Positions 12,039 to 25,248 of a stretch of DNA of 64,000 nucleotides are shown here, piece after piece; within the stretch, counting starts at the first letter, position 1, and every line of letters starts with the position of its first letter. Under the pieces are notes generated by a model. That model made no database searches, was not told where the DNA came from, and worked only from the letters and a program-made list of their open reading frames with translations. The position numbers and the translations under genes were made by a program. The DNA is from Octopus sinensis. Lineage: Eukaryota. Where the stretch lies: NCBI RefSeq assembly GCF_006345805.1, contig NC_043011.1, positions 21,278,464-21,342,463 of the forward strand, in the 5' to 3' direction.

Positions 12039-12195
12039 GTATGTAGGTATGTGTGTATATGTTTGTGTATCTGAATAAGTACTAGGCTTACAAAGAATAA
12101 GTCGTGGGGTCGATTTGTTCGACTAAAGGCGGTGCTCCAGCATGGCCACAGTCACATGACTGAAACAAGTAAAAGAGTAAAAGAGTAAAAGAGTA
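11752..12195 (+). mobile_element. SINE family A (tRNA head, CORE-like centre), internal (TA)n
   Basis: GGCGTAGAAGTGGCTGTGTGGTAAG A-box, GGGTTCAGTCCC B-box, CCTT(C)GGCAAGT..CCTC CORE-like segment, (AAAAGAGT)n tail. Confidence 0.9.
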
Positions 12196-12594
12196 TTCGT
12201 AACACCGAATTTGGAAATATTTTTGTGGAGAATATTAAAATAAGCCTGAACGGCACCACCACCACCACCACTTATTAACAGTTTTAAAAGATGGGTTATT
12301 CGAGAAGTGCATTATGATATATTTATTTTTATATATATTTTATACTATTTTAGAAAGAAATGGGTAATTTTTAAAATGATGTTTATATGGGAAACTTATT
12401 TATTCCTTCTCATGATACTACCAGCGAATAAATATTTTAGGGGAAAGTAAGGAGAAAAATTATCTTAAAAACAGATATTAACAGTTTTAAAATGGAGTTA
12501 TTTGAGAAACACATTATGACATTTGCTTTTATAGTCTGATATACCAAAATAACAAAAGTACGCGAAATGTTGTGAATATATTTACTTACCAAAC

Positions 12595-12613
12595 AACAAC
12601 AACAACGACAATG

Positions 12614-12662
<49 letters not shown>

Positions 12663-12678
12663 CAATAATAATAATATT
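12595..12678. repeat. (AAC)/(AAT)n microsatellite
   Basis: Direct reading. Confidence 0.95.
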
Positions 12679-13204
12679 AAATGCCCTGATGCAGTACCAG
12701 ACAGTGGCTCTCATGGCTTCTGATCTTAATTGATTAGTAGTTTTATCATGTACATTGTTTTGTCTTGGTATAAAACATTGGCTACAGCAAATATTCAGCT
12801 CAATACCACAGATTTGCTTGTAAGTTGTTTGACCTTAACCAGCTGACCATGTCCCTTAGTGGCTAACGATATGTGCAACTCTGACCACGAGCAGAAGTAA
12901 TGAGGGAGCATTATAGCCGTGTGTTGATAGGAATTCTTAGAGGTTTGGATATTTCACTTTTGGAACTTGACAGACAGTACAATCTCCTGTACGCACAATA
13001 TTTTCAATCTACAACACGATATTATGTACTGTGCGACTTCTTCAATAATAATAACAGCAACAATAGGGCCTTTGATCGAAAATTATGCACAGGAAAGGCA
13101 TAAAATTAACAAGAAACCACTGAGTAAAAAGTATCCAGGAGTTTGTTCACAAGTGTAAATATATCTTTCTTTCATTTATGGAAACTACCAGAATCATAGG
13201 TAGC

Positions 13205-13410
13205 TGAAAAAGTAATACGGCTATCAGATTTAGGGGGAGATGGTTAATCGATTTCATCGATCCCAATACTTGACTGGTACTTTATTTTTTTTTTTTCGAT
13301 CCTGAAAAAGCGAAAGGCAAAGTTAATCTCGGCAATATTAGAACTCAGAAAGTAAAGAATCGGAAGAAATGCCGCGAAGCATTTCGTCCAACGGGCTGTC
13401 GATTCTGCCA
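13205..13410 (-). mobile_element. SINE family B, old copy
   Basis: Diverged match to the GTCGAT..GGTACTT..AAGGCAAAG..GAACTCAGAA..GATTCTGCC consensus. Confidence 0.7.
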
Positions 13411-13867
13411 AGATTGTCGATTGAAAAAGTAATAATAGCTCTGAGAAACTAAAATGCTGTCAGGGATATCAACAGGCAGATTTTGCAGTAACCTGTTAAG
13501 GGCCATTGCAACAAGTCCCTGATTCGCATCAAGATCGACACAGCTTCTAAATATTCGGGAATGCCTATGTGTGCTACCAGTCACATTGTCTGAAGTGGGA
13601 ACACCCATTATACGCCTTCGTACCCTGGACTAAATGTTAAGAATTTCATGTATTATGCTATATATTACAGATGATGGTGTATTCATTAAAACAACTGCTA
13701 TCATTCTTACTAATAAGATATCCCAGTTGAAAACGCTCGAAATCCTATCAACTTTAGCTTCATAATATCCGTCAACAAGTCAGTTGTTGAAGATAGATGG
13801 AATGAAGCTAGAGGAGTTCTGCTGCTTTTAAAGACATGCACTGGAATCAAGAGCGAACTTTATGACA

Positions 13868-14154
13868 TTATTGTTGTTTGTTCCTTCTCGAGTCATGCCT
13901 GGCTCATAAGGGCCGGTTTCCCGGTTTTCTTGGCGTATAGGTTCCCCACCTGGACGGGACGCCGGTCCGTCGCAGGTGAGATGCAAGATGCAGGAGGAAA
14001 GAGTGGGAGAAAGTTGTGGCGAAAGAGTCAGCAGAAGCCGCCTGGAGCTTAGGTGTTTCGCTCATAAACACACACATCGCCCGGTCTGAGATTTGAACCC
14101 GCGATCCCTCGACCGTGAGTCCGTTGCTCTAACCACTAGGCCATGTGCCTCCAC
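13868..14154 (-). mobile_element. tRNA-derived SINE (family D head, V-domain-like tail) with 11-bp TSD
   Basis: TSD ACTTTATGACA at 13857-13867 and 14155-14165; head GTGGAGGCACATGGCCTAGTGGTTAGAGC..GGTTCAAATC; tail CTGCGACGGACCGGCGTCCCGTCCAG. Confidence 0.85.
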
Positions 14155-15205
14155 ACTTTATGACAATACTACAGGTAGAAAAACTAATAATATTCATCAT
14201 GAAACCCTTCGTTAATGTTTGTCTATGTTTTGCTTGATACAAAAGTTGTTTTTTTTAACTGTTACAAAAAATATCAATGTCGAATTTCAATTAATGCATT
14301 TCTGCAGAATTAACACGATTCTTTCTTCGAGAATTTAGTAACCAACTGAGTCGTCTGTTTCACAAAGAAATGTCGAGTATCCTGCTAATATTTATATATT
14401 TATATATATGGAAGAGTACACACACACACTTACATACGTACACACATACGTACATACGACAGCAGTGTTACGTGAATACATGATAATATAAATACCCATA
14501 CGTACAATATGAGAAGCACAAACATACACAAGCGACACACACACACACACACACACACAACACACACACACACACACACACACACATGAAGATATACAGA
14601 CATAAACAGACAATATATTAAATATATAGCTAACCGACAGAATAAATCAGCGTCGTAGCAAACTGCACATCTCACCATTATCGCTCTTTAAGATAGCAGT
14701 AGTTCATTGTATGAAATTGTTTTCAATGAGTGAGAAGACACTGGTGTCTTTCTGTCACTGATGAATGCCGTATTGTCAGTGAATATTATATTCACACTTG
14801 ACAATGACAAGTTCGTTCGAGAAACAGAGAATTCCATCTCCAAGTTTTGAACAGATAAAAATTATACATTGACGCAAGCATGGCTTTGTGGTTAGGAAGC
14901 CGGTTTCAGAATCAGTAATTTTTCTGATTGAGTCCTTCGGCGCAGCACCTTGGATGAGTGCCCTTAGTGACTTGTGAGTGAAATTGATGTAGAGAAACTC
15001 TACACAAGACCGTCTTGTATATATATATATATAATATATATATATATATACAACATTTTTTTGTTTCGGCGTATCTGGCATTAGAATTTTTCTTCTGCCC
15101 TTATCTTGTAAATTATGTATAAATTTTACCTTTAAAGGCATTTTTTGATATGCTGCCCATTGATAAAATTTTTTCCCGAAAAGAATTTTATCCTATATCA
15201 ATTAC

Positions 15206-15288
<83 letters not shown>

Positions 15289-15637
15289 GTGTGTGTGTGT
15301 GTCTTGGTTTTGTTATTATTGTTTTTACGTATTTTGTATTCTTATTCGTGCTATCATTATTGTTTTTACTTATTTTCGTATTTTTATTCGTGTAACATCG
15401 TCCGTTTTCCGTCCCTGTGTTGTATACATTCGAGGCTTTCTTCCAAGTAATCTAATGCGCTTGGCTTAGATTTCCCTTGGGGGCTGCCCAGATCGGAGCA
15501 ATCTCAAGATTAATCAGCCGAAATTGCGAAGATGATCTGGTTCTTGACTGATGACTGAGGGCTTCGAAAGTCCCGTCCGTGTTTTTTGTGTCGTCTACTA
15601 AATGTTTCACGTTCTTGTCCCAGTTTGTATATTTTTT

Positions 15638-15669
<32 letters not shown>

Positions 15670-15680
15670 GTGTGTACGCT

Positions 15681-15845
15681 TAGGCGTAGCAGTGTTGTAA
15701 GAAGCAAGCTTCCCAATTACATGGTTCCAGGTTCAGACCCACTGCGTGGCACTTTGGGAAAATATCTTGTATTATTGCATCAAGCTGACCAAAGCCTTGT
15801 GAGTAGATTAAGTAGACGGAAACTGAAAGAAGCCCGTCGTATATA
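15681..15845 (+). mobile_element. SINE family A, 5' half
   Basis: Matches the family A head through GGAAACTGAAAGAAGCCCGTCGTA. Confidence 0.8.
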
Positions 15846-15862
15846 TACATACATATATACAT

Positions 15863-15930
<68 letters not shown>

Positions 15931-16407
15931 CATACATATATATGTATATATAGCAAACGAAAGAAAAGGGGACTCAAGACATTTAGTAGGAGTTACATAT
16001 TTGATTCAATAACGGTCAGATTCAGCACAATGTAATTTTAAATACCGTGGGCTCGTGGGACGAACCTATCTCACACGGTATCTAGAAGAATCTGACGAGA
16101 AGGGCCATATGAAGCTGAGTCAAACATATAACTCCCGCCGTTTAGTTTCGTTTGTCCACCCACTCGTGTATATCGTTTTGCCCTTCACCCTTTCGGAGTC
16201 GGGTAAATAAGTACCAGTCAGCTATTAGGGTCGACGTAATCGACTACCCCTTCGCCCAAATTGCAGATTTTGGACTATTATTAAAACGGATTATATTATA
16301 TTATATATTAGTTACAAAGCATTAAATTTAGATTTAAAAAATTACAGACATATCTTCAAAATAGAACTTTATACACACACACATACGCATATATATATAT
16401 ATATATA

Positions 16408-16662
<255 letters not shown>

Positions 16663-16664
16663 AT

Positions 16665-16725
<61 letters not shown>

Positions 16726-17330
16726 ATATATGCATATACACTACACACACACAACACTCTCACACACACACTCACACACACAAATGCATGCAACAAATCT
16801 TAACAGATTATATTTCGAACACACTTAGATTTATAGCATGGCATAATTGGGGAAATCAGAAAACTGTAGCTATCGTATCACAGTATGACTATCAAAGAAA
16901 CCAGACTCCCCGACGAAGGAGGCGATTGAAGAGAAAGAGGACAAGGAGAGGGCAGTACAGAGAAAGAATGCAGAATGGGAAGGAAAGGGTTAAGGAAAGA
17001 ATAAACGAACACACTGACAAGTAAAAGAAGGCAGTAATTACATAAGAAATGTAATAGATGGCTACGACTTCTTATGCTATTTATTTTCAGGCGGAGAACA
17101 TTGTGCGTACTTCACAGTAATGAGAGAGAAGAGAAAAGCAAATCTCTTATTAAATATCATAGAAAAATGTCATTGTTAGAAAAAACGTTGACACTCTTTT
17201 GTATATTTCTCACGTGTACTTCAGATCATTCTCAATTGTGTCTGTACACCAGATTTTATAAAAAAAGATCGCTGTTGTTTTTCTACTTGTTGCTTAGTAC
17301 CAGGTGAGCCATGAGTGGCCAGATCTTTGG

Positions 17331-17742
17331 TTACTCTTTTACTCTTTTACTTGTTTCAGTCATTTGACTGTGGCCATGCTGGAGCACCGCCTTTAGTCGA
17401 GCAAATCGACCCTAGGACTTATTCTTTGTAAGCCTAGTATTTATTCTATCGGTCTCTTTTGCCGAACCGCTAAGTAACCGGGACGTAAACACACCAGCAT
17501 CGGTTGTCAAGCGATGTTGGGAGGACAAACACAGACACACAAACACACACACACGCATATATATATATATATATATATACGACGGGCTTCTTTCAGTTTC
17601 CATCTACCAAATCCACTCACAAGGCTTTGGTCGGCCCGAGGCTATAGTAGAAGACACTTGCCCAAGGTGCCACGTAGTGGGACTGAACCCGGAACCATGT
17701 GGTCGGTAAACAAGCTACTTACCACACAGCCACTCCTACGCC
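17331..17742 (-). mobile_element. SINE family A, full length
   Basis: Complete head, internal (TA)(TG) slot and (AAAAGAGT)n tail on the minus strand. Confidence 0.9.
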
Positions 17743-18250
17743 TATGGTTAAATGTATTACTGCTAAAACCATTCCATATTAAACTGAGACTGTGTTGTTT
17801 AATGTGTTATTCACTTAAGATTGTGGGGTGTGATTCGAAAGCGATATTGCTGCTATTTCTAGCAGTCCGAATGACCACGCTGAGCAGTCATAAGCAAAGT
17901 GCATCACGCGGGACTTTCTGAATGGCATGCCTAACGAGAAAAATTATCTTAAATGCGTTTTCTTTTTTCCTTTTTAGTTATGCGGCCCGCTTGATTATGA
18001 ACCATGTAGGGACACCCTCGATGAAAAGGATCGTTTTAATGTGGCAGCGAGGCGGCAGAACGATAAAACTCAAATATTAAAGAGCTCTTACAGAGCTTCC
18101 AGAGTATGACGTCATTAGCTATTAAAAAGCATGGCGCTTGTAGGAATGCAGTAAATTACTTCAGACTTTCGAACCAATCAAATACGAAGAGAACTTTCCT
18201 GTTCCAAGAACTCGCTGTCAGAGTAATAACACTTTATTGTAAACGTAGGA

Positions 18251-18436
18251 GGCGCGGGAGTGGCTTTGTGGTAAGTAGCTTGCTTACGATCCACATGGTT
18301 CCGGGTTCAGTCCCACTGCATGGCACCTTGGGCAAGTGTCTTCCACTATAGCTTCGGGCCGACCAAAGCCTTATGAGTGGATTTGGTAGATGGAAACTGA
18401 AAGAATCCCGTCGTATATATGTATATATACATATAC

Positions 18437-18530
<94 letters not shown>

Positions 18531-18538
18531 ATATATTA

Positions 18539-18571
<33 letters not shown>

Positions 18572-18641
18572 GTATGTGTGTATATGTTTGTGTGTCTGTC
18601 TTTGTGCCCCCAACATCACTCGACAACCGATACTGGTGTGT
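18251..18641 (+). mobile_element. SINE family A, 3'-truncated, long internal (TA)n
   Basis: Head intact; breaks off at GGTGTGTTTA. Confidence 0.85.
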
Positions 18642-18653
18642 TTAGGGTTAGGG

Positions 18654-20010
18654 TTTAGCCTCTTGTAGGTAGTAAACAAATAGGTATTTTGCCCGTCGCT
18701 ACGTTCTGAGTTCAAATTCGTCGGTGGTAGACTTTGCATTCAGGATCGATAAGTTAAGTATTAGTGAAACACTGGAGTCGGTATAACCGACTAGTCTTGC
18801 CCCCTCCCCCAAATTTCAGATCTTGTGCTTATAGTAGATAAAATTATTATAGGCCTAATTCTATCGACCTTTCCTCCTTTCAGAGTCGATAAAATAGGTA
18901 CCAGTTGAGCATGGGGGTCGATGTAATTAACTAACCTCTTCCTCTAAAACTGCTGGCTTTGAGCCAAATTTTAAAACCATTATTATAGGTCTAATTAAGG
19001 GGGTGAGCTGGTAGAATCGTTTGGGCATTGGAGAACATGCTCAGTGGTATTTCTTCTGGTTAATTATGCTTTTAGTTCAAATTCCGCAGAAGTCATCTTT
19101 GCTTTTCATGCTTTCAGGATCGATAAAATAAAGTACTAGCTAAGTACTGGAGTCGATCTAATGTACTTGCCCCTCCTCTTAACATTTCTGGTCTTGTGCC
19201 AATAGTAGACAGAATCATTGTAGGTCTAGTTAAGGTGGCAATTTTTTCAGAATCGTCGGACAAAATTACATAACAGCATTTCTTCCAACTTTATGTTCTG
19301 AGTTCAAGTAGCAACCGCGGTCATCTTTGGCTTTCATTCTTTCGGGGTCGATAAAATAAAGTACCAGCTAAGTACTGAGGTTCATGTAATCGATTTGCTT
19401 CTCCCCTCAAAATTGCTGAACTTGTGTGGAAATAAGAAAGAATCATTACGGGTCTAATTAAGGCTCTGAGTTGGCAGAATCGTTAGTACGTCATTCTCTT
19501 GGCTGTACGTCTTGAGTTCAAATCCCACTGAAGTCAACTTTGCCTTTCATCCTTTCAAGGAGAATAAAAATAAAAAGTACCCATCAAATACAGGGGTCGA
19601 TGGTATTGACTAATCTCTTCTCAAAAATTGCTGACCTTGTACATAAATTAGAATCAACTAACAAAAGTCTAGTTTGACTTAATTAAAATGCTTTGGCCCT
19701 CTGCCTCAGCTCCCTGAGCAACCACATAACCAATGGCTATTTAATCAGGAGAAATCATATTTAATGAATAATTCATTAAGCAGATAAAGTACACCCACGA
19801 GAGTTTGCTTTACATTGTAAAAGCTACGGGTTGACAGAATCGTTAGTCAGACAAAATGTTTATTAGTTTTTCTTCCGGTCCTTTCCCTTCTAAATTCAAA
19901 TATCACCGAGATCAATATTACCTTTCATCTTTTTGGGGTCGATAAAATAAAGTACCAGTCAAATACAGGGTCGATATAATTGACTTCTCCTTCTCTTAAA
20001 ATGCTAGCAA
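18654..20010 (+). repeat. Head-to-tail array of old family B SINEs (period about 230 bp)
   Basis: Units separated by an ATTRYRGGYCTARTT linker at 18846, 18982, 19217 and 19445. Confidence 0.75.
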
Positions 20011-20611
20011 AATTTGAAGCAATTATAAAGATAAATTTGCTTGGTATATCTGGGCTTGTTATGCTTTTTTTCAAATTTTTCAGCAGCCTCTCTTAATTTA
20101 AAAAAGTATAGCTACACATTTATACTAAAATATATAAATATATAAAACTGTGTACAGTTATATTTAACATATGCTTATTCACTCAAACATAGACAGACTT
20201 TCTCTGCGGAAAGTCTCAGGAGAGAAATTATTATGGATAATGTGTCTGAAAATACATCACGCTGAGCAATGAATGAAACCATCGGATTGTCACGTGTTTC
20301 TGCGTCGTTACGCTTTGTCAGCTACAGACACCGAAATCTTCGCTCAAAGCCTATTAAGAATAGTTCTTATATTAGAACAACAAATAATAAGTTTGCTGAT
20401 GTGTGCAAAGAAAGTTTCGTCAAGCTTGAATTAGAATCAAACTAGGGCGTAGCTAACGAAGTGTAGCAATTCAGAAACACTGAGTCCTGCAATTTGATGG
20501 CGTCATTCATGGCCTAATGCAGTGTGTTTTCACACATTAATCTTAAGAGTTTTTTTCTCAAAAAAAGTTTTCAGAGCATTTGAGTGTTTTTTCATGTTTG
20601 CGTGTGATTTT

Positions 20612-20809
20612 TTGTTTCAGTCATTTGACTGCGGCCATGCTGGAGCACCGCATTCAGTCGAGCAAATCGACCCTGAGACTTATTCTTTGTAATCCTACTA
20701 CTTATTCTATCGGTCTCTCTTGCCGAACCGCTAAGTAACGGAGACGTAAACACACCAGCATCGGTCGTCAAGCGATGTTGGTGGGACAAACACAGGCATA
20801 CAAACATAT

Positions 20810-20848
<39 letters not shown>

Positions 20849-21025
20849 AATATATATATATACGACGGGCTTCTTTCAGTTTCCGTCTACGAAATCCACT
20901 CACAAGGCTTTGGTCGGCCCGAGGCTATAGTAGAAGACACTTGCCCAAGGTGCCACGCAGTGGGACTGAACCCAGAACCATGTGGTTCGTAAGCAAGCTA
21001 CCTATCACACAGCCACTCCTGCGCC
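20612..21025 (-). mobile_element. SINE family A, near full length
   Basis: Matches family A, internal (CA)n/(TA)n. Confidence 0.9.
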
Positions 21026-22029
21026 TATGACCGTGCTAAACAAAAATTTAGACAGCTTTGTTTTAATCATCGCTACTAAATGTGCCGAATATTTGACTCG
21101 TTAAATGAATGTGCTAGTGGTTGAGTATGTCTTTAATGTAAATACTAAACCGAATTAGCGTGACACTATGTGCGACAAGGTTGGACCTTTAAATTGCAAG
21201 TACATCCAGTTGGCTTCTACATGATTTTCATCTTCAGTTTTACTCACAAGGCTTGACTCGACTCGAGGCTATGATAAAATTACCTGCTCAGGATGCTTCA
21301 CGGTACGAACGAACACCGGATCGGAAGATTAGGAACTTAACCACTTAGCCATGGCACTCAGCATTATTTAATAAAAATGACTAAGTACTATATAGTCAAA
21401 GAGAAAAAACAAACTTGAGAGATCTTACAAATCCTCAACGATGGAATCTAATTATGGCCGCCCCAACTACAAGCAATAACGGCCAGTTCTCCTTCAAAAC
21501 CCCACCGCATTGAAAAAAAAAACAAGCTGGATAATAGATAGTTCTATACAGATCCAGATACAGTTTGCCTGGATGAGGTAAGTGGGCAGGATGCTGGCGA
21601 TATGAACATCTTTGGTCATAGTTTGGTTCAATCACGATTGACCTGGAACTAAACAAAAACAACTAAATTGAACTGTTTTGGCATTCAGTTAAGCCCTTCA
21701 GTGATCTGAAAGCAAGGCCCAGCCTTGAATGGATTTAAATTTAATTCTAGATTAATTTTATTTAACTATAAATTGGAACTCTACTTTGTAATAGATAGGT
21801 GGTTCGTGTCCTGTGATAAGGCCTGTGGTTATTTTCTGTTTCAAACAGAGTGTATTTCACTGTCAGCTCTAAATACACACTTAGTTGCAATCTTTGCAAC
21901 AGAATACGATTTGGCCTTAATACGATAACGATCTTTCCTTGAAGGCTAATGTACAGTATCATAGGTATAGTTTGAAAATAGTTATTAGAGACGAAGCAAT
22001 ATATTTAGTGTATTAACAACAGTATAATA

Positions 22030-22440
22030 TTTTCTATCCGAGACTCTTCCACTTAATATTTGGCCTCTCAATAATATAACAATTTCTAAAGCATTAATTT
22101 ATTGACATAAGGTCTTTCTTGTAGATTAAAGTGAAGTTAAAAGCTACATAGCACTTACAGAAAATCCCATTGAAAATATACATTCAGTTACACAGAAAGA
22201 TGCCATATTACTGCACTATCTAAATATATCTGGGTTCAAGAGGATAATAACACTGTCAATAGTAAAATCTCTTGGTATGTTATATAATACACATCTTCCG
22301 ATATCAATGGTTCCATAAAGCGTAATCTCTGCCCCTCGAAAAGGTGTAACATGCTATGAAATTTTGAACAAAAGACGTGAATTAATACATTTTTTGCTGG
22401 CACATCATTATTTATTGAAGAATTTCAAGCTCAAAAACGA
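22030..22440 (+). mobile_element. Penelope-like GIY-YIG endonuclease remnant
   Basis: KALIY*..VKSYIALTENP, TALSKYIW, KISWYVI, NGSIKRNLC and YLLKNFK across broken frames. Confidence 0.65.
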
Positions 22441-23055
22441 GCCAAGTTTAGTTTCTTGCGCAATTGATTTGCTAGATTATGAGAGATGACCTCATATTTC
22501 AAAAACATTAATATTTCTGTAATAAGACATACTTCAACTCAGATATGCGTTATATATTGTAACGAACAAATGATAATATTGCCTGTTTTCACCTCTGGTA
22601 CTGAAAAGATGAAGATATTGCGTGTTTTTGATAAATGAAAATATTACAAATAACCCAACGTTTTATTCACAACCAATAAAATCTCGATGTGCTGCTGCAC
22701 ATTCATATCCCGATGGGTTTCTGAAAATGTTTGTTTTTATCTTGTCACTCTACAGCCGTTAATTAACAATTGAACAACGGGAAATGGAAAGCACAGAGTA
22801 GGGAATTGAAGAAGCTTCATCTTCTACTGTTCGATGTGTGTGTATATGTATATATGTATGTATGTATGTATATATATATATATATATATACTTGTGCTTT
22901 CTTGTTTGGATTAACTTTATATATATATGTATATCTGTATGTGTGTGTGAATTAAGTAAACATATATATAAATATATTTATATTTGTTAGAATGAGATAT
23001 CGTGGTTTCAATATACTTGGAGAACAAACAAGAGAAGTAAATGGATACGCACACG

Positions 23056-23100
<45 letters not shown>

Positions 23101-23226
23101 GCGCACACACACTTACGCACATTCGATGCAGGTGAATGCTCTGCAGTATGTATCAGAATCAAATTAAATATATATTTATTTGATATATGCTTATTCAAAA
23201 TGTGCGCATGACACTGTATAGATATA

Positions 23227-23792
23227 TTGGGTTGTCCGGAAAGTTCGTGCCGATTTTTAAAGGAAAGAAAAATGTCAATAAATACTTGCCATTACATTTT
23301 TAATCAGCCAAATATGAACCATTTTTTTGCACAATGCGTCTCCATCTTTCCTTTAACTTGAAAATACCCTCTTCCCAGAATTGAGGTGGTTTCATGGCAA
23401 AGAATTCATCAAGGTATCTTTTTATGTCATCCAAAGAATTGAAATTTTTACCATTAAGACTATTCTGCCGAGACCTGAATAAGGGGAAATCCGAAGGAGC
23501 AATATCTGGTGAATATGGAGGGTGGGGTTACACATCCCAGCTGAGCTGCAGCAATTTTTGTCTGGTTCCCAAAGCATCAAGTGCCGAAAAGGAACTTTCT
23601 TATCTTCCAATTTAAAGGGTTACAGAATTAACACAGGTTATAGGAACATAAACCTTCTTCCACAGAAAGATAGCTTAAACTGTGCTCTAAATGGAGGTGT
23701 AGTCAAATCCTATTTTATGGACAGAACCATGTTCTAAACTAAGTCGAAAGGTAAGATGCTATAAATCGGCACGAACTTTCCGGACAACCCAA
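23227..23792 (-). mobile_element. mariner internal-deletion derivative with perfect 30-bp TIRs
   Basis: TIR TTGGGTTGTCCGGAAAGTTCGTGCCGATTT at both ends, TA flanks; PHPPYSPDIAPSDFPLFRS..FWEEGIFKLKERW. Confidence 0.95.
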
Positions 23793-24087
23793 TATGTATT
23801 TATTATTCAAATTGAACTGATAATCTAGCAATTAATACCCGCTTGCGTTATTATATAAATTAAGTCATCTTCTTATACTCATAATTATAATCTTCATACG
23901 AAGCTCTACGCTTTTCTATTTCAGCAGCTTAGATGGCAGAGAAAAGCAACTTCTGATGAGTATTTAAACTATTAGTTTTTATCCCTATTCAAAGCTGCCA
24001 AAAATGCTGTGGTTTAAGCAGGATTTTACAGCGGGACAAAATATGTTTATTTAATATATTGAATGACTTCAAGTACACATTGTGTGT

Positions 24088-24290
24088 GTGTATGTAAAGG
24101 CGCATGGCCTTGTGGTTCGCGGATTGCACTTACAGTCGCGAGATAATGGTTTCGATTCCCAGACTGGCGGTGCATTTTGTTGTTGAGCAAAATAAAAAAA
24201 TCTTCATTTCACGTTGCCTTAATCCACGCAGATGTAAATCGGGAACCTTTGGACCAACTGGCATTCCGTTCCTGGGAATTGTTGGCCTAC
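24088..24290 (+). mobile_element. Degenerate tRNA-derived SINE
   Basis: AAGGCGCATGGCCTTGTGGTT..GGTTTCGATTCCC..GTTGAGCAAAA..TTTCACGTTGC. Confidence 0.55.
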
Positions 24291-24421
24291 CCGCCTAGTC
24301 AGTGGACTGACTTCATTTGAAAGCAAGAACGGTGCGTGGAAACACATCATGACCAGTATGTAACTACACGCGTGCTGTTGATTTTTCCCCCTTCTCTGGA
24401 GTTTTCCTTTTTTCCTTTTTC

Positions 24422-24456
24422 CTTCCCGACGAAGAGCTATGCTCGAAACGTCAAAG
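24422..24456 (+). ncRNA. Degenerate minimal HHR motif (P1-related)
   Basis: CTTC-CCGACGA-A-GAGC tat GCTC-GAAA-CG-TC-AAAG. Confidence 0.45.
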
Positions 24457-24555
24457 TCTTTCTCTTTTCACTGAGCGTCAAACTAATACGTTCCATGTGC
24501 ACGTCCTTTGGTTCTTGTGCTATTGTTATTTTTGATTTTCGTTTATTTGATTTGA

Positions 24556-24625
<70 letters not shown>

Positions 24626-25028
24626 GCTAGTTGTAAAATCTCATGAAGATATCAGAGTAGTAACTATATTAACCAGTAAAATTAATCGCCACATCAAAAT
24701 GGTTGTGCCATGTTACTATTCGTTTAACCCCAGGCAGATCTCCGGCCAGCTGCTTATTGGTGCAGCCTGCACCTTGCACATATATATTGCTAGCTGGGGA
24801 GCGAACGCCTACCATCCTCTAGCAGACAAGGATCGTGAGACTGACTCAGTTTCCAGCTGGTCAGCTAATCTTCAATCGCGAGCACCTGGTCGCCAAAGAG
24901 ACAGCCAAGGTTCACTCTAGCCAGCAATATATTGTAAACAAAGTGACCATTTGTCACTGATTTGCAACAAGCAAAGTAGCTCGTTGTAATTTCTCAAGCC
25001 GAGATCAGAGTAGCAACTATACTAACCA

Positions 25029-25073
<45 letters not shown>

Positions 25074-25177
25074 CTGATATTCATCATTATTGGTTTTCTC
25101 ACTGGTGATGCCTTACCCTATATACTGTGCAGACGTAATTCTTTCTCCCAAATAAATTGCACTTCATATTCAAAGCT

Positions 25178-25248
25178 CTGATGAAGCTACAAGTTGTTAT
25201 TCAGGCACACAACTATGAGTACACTGCATCTTATAGCTGAAACAGCTA
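25178..25248 (+). ncRNA. HHR-like motif truncated by a microsatellite
   Basis: CTGATGA, 9-bp stem II AGCTACAAG/CTTATAGCT (1 mismatch), GAAA-CAGCT, then (TA)(TG)n. Confidence 0.45.

Noticed and set aside
151-14154. tRNA-like A/B-box sequences as tRNA genes
   Set aside because: No complete cloverleaf; each continues into SINE body and tail, some with TSDs.
14750-14835. CTGATGA..hairpin..GAAA as a hammerhead
   Set aside because: There is an internal hairpin, but no stem III palindrome, NUH site or stem I partner.
15310-15625. Possible HHR (GGCTG..CAGCC-GAAA-TTGCGAA, and a later CTGATGA..GAAA)
   Set aside because: The first lacks a CUGANGA box (it reads CTTGGGG) and the second lacks pairing stems; it may be a decayed pLTR but is not supportable.
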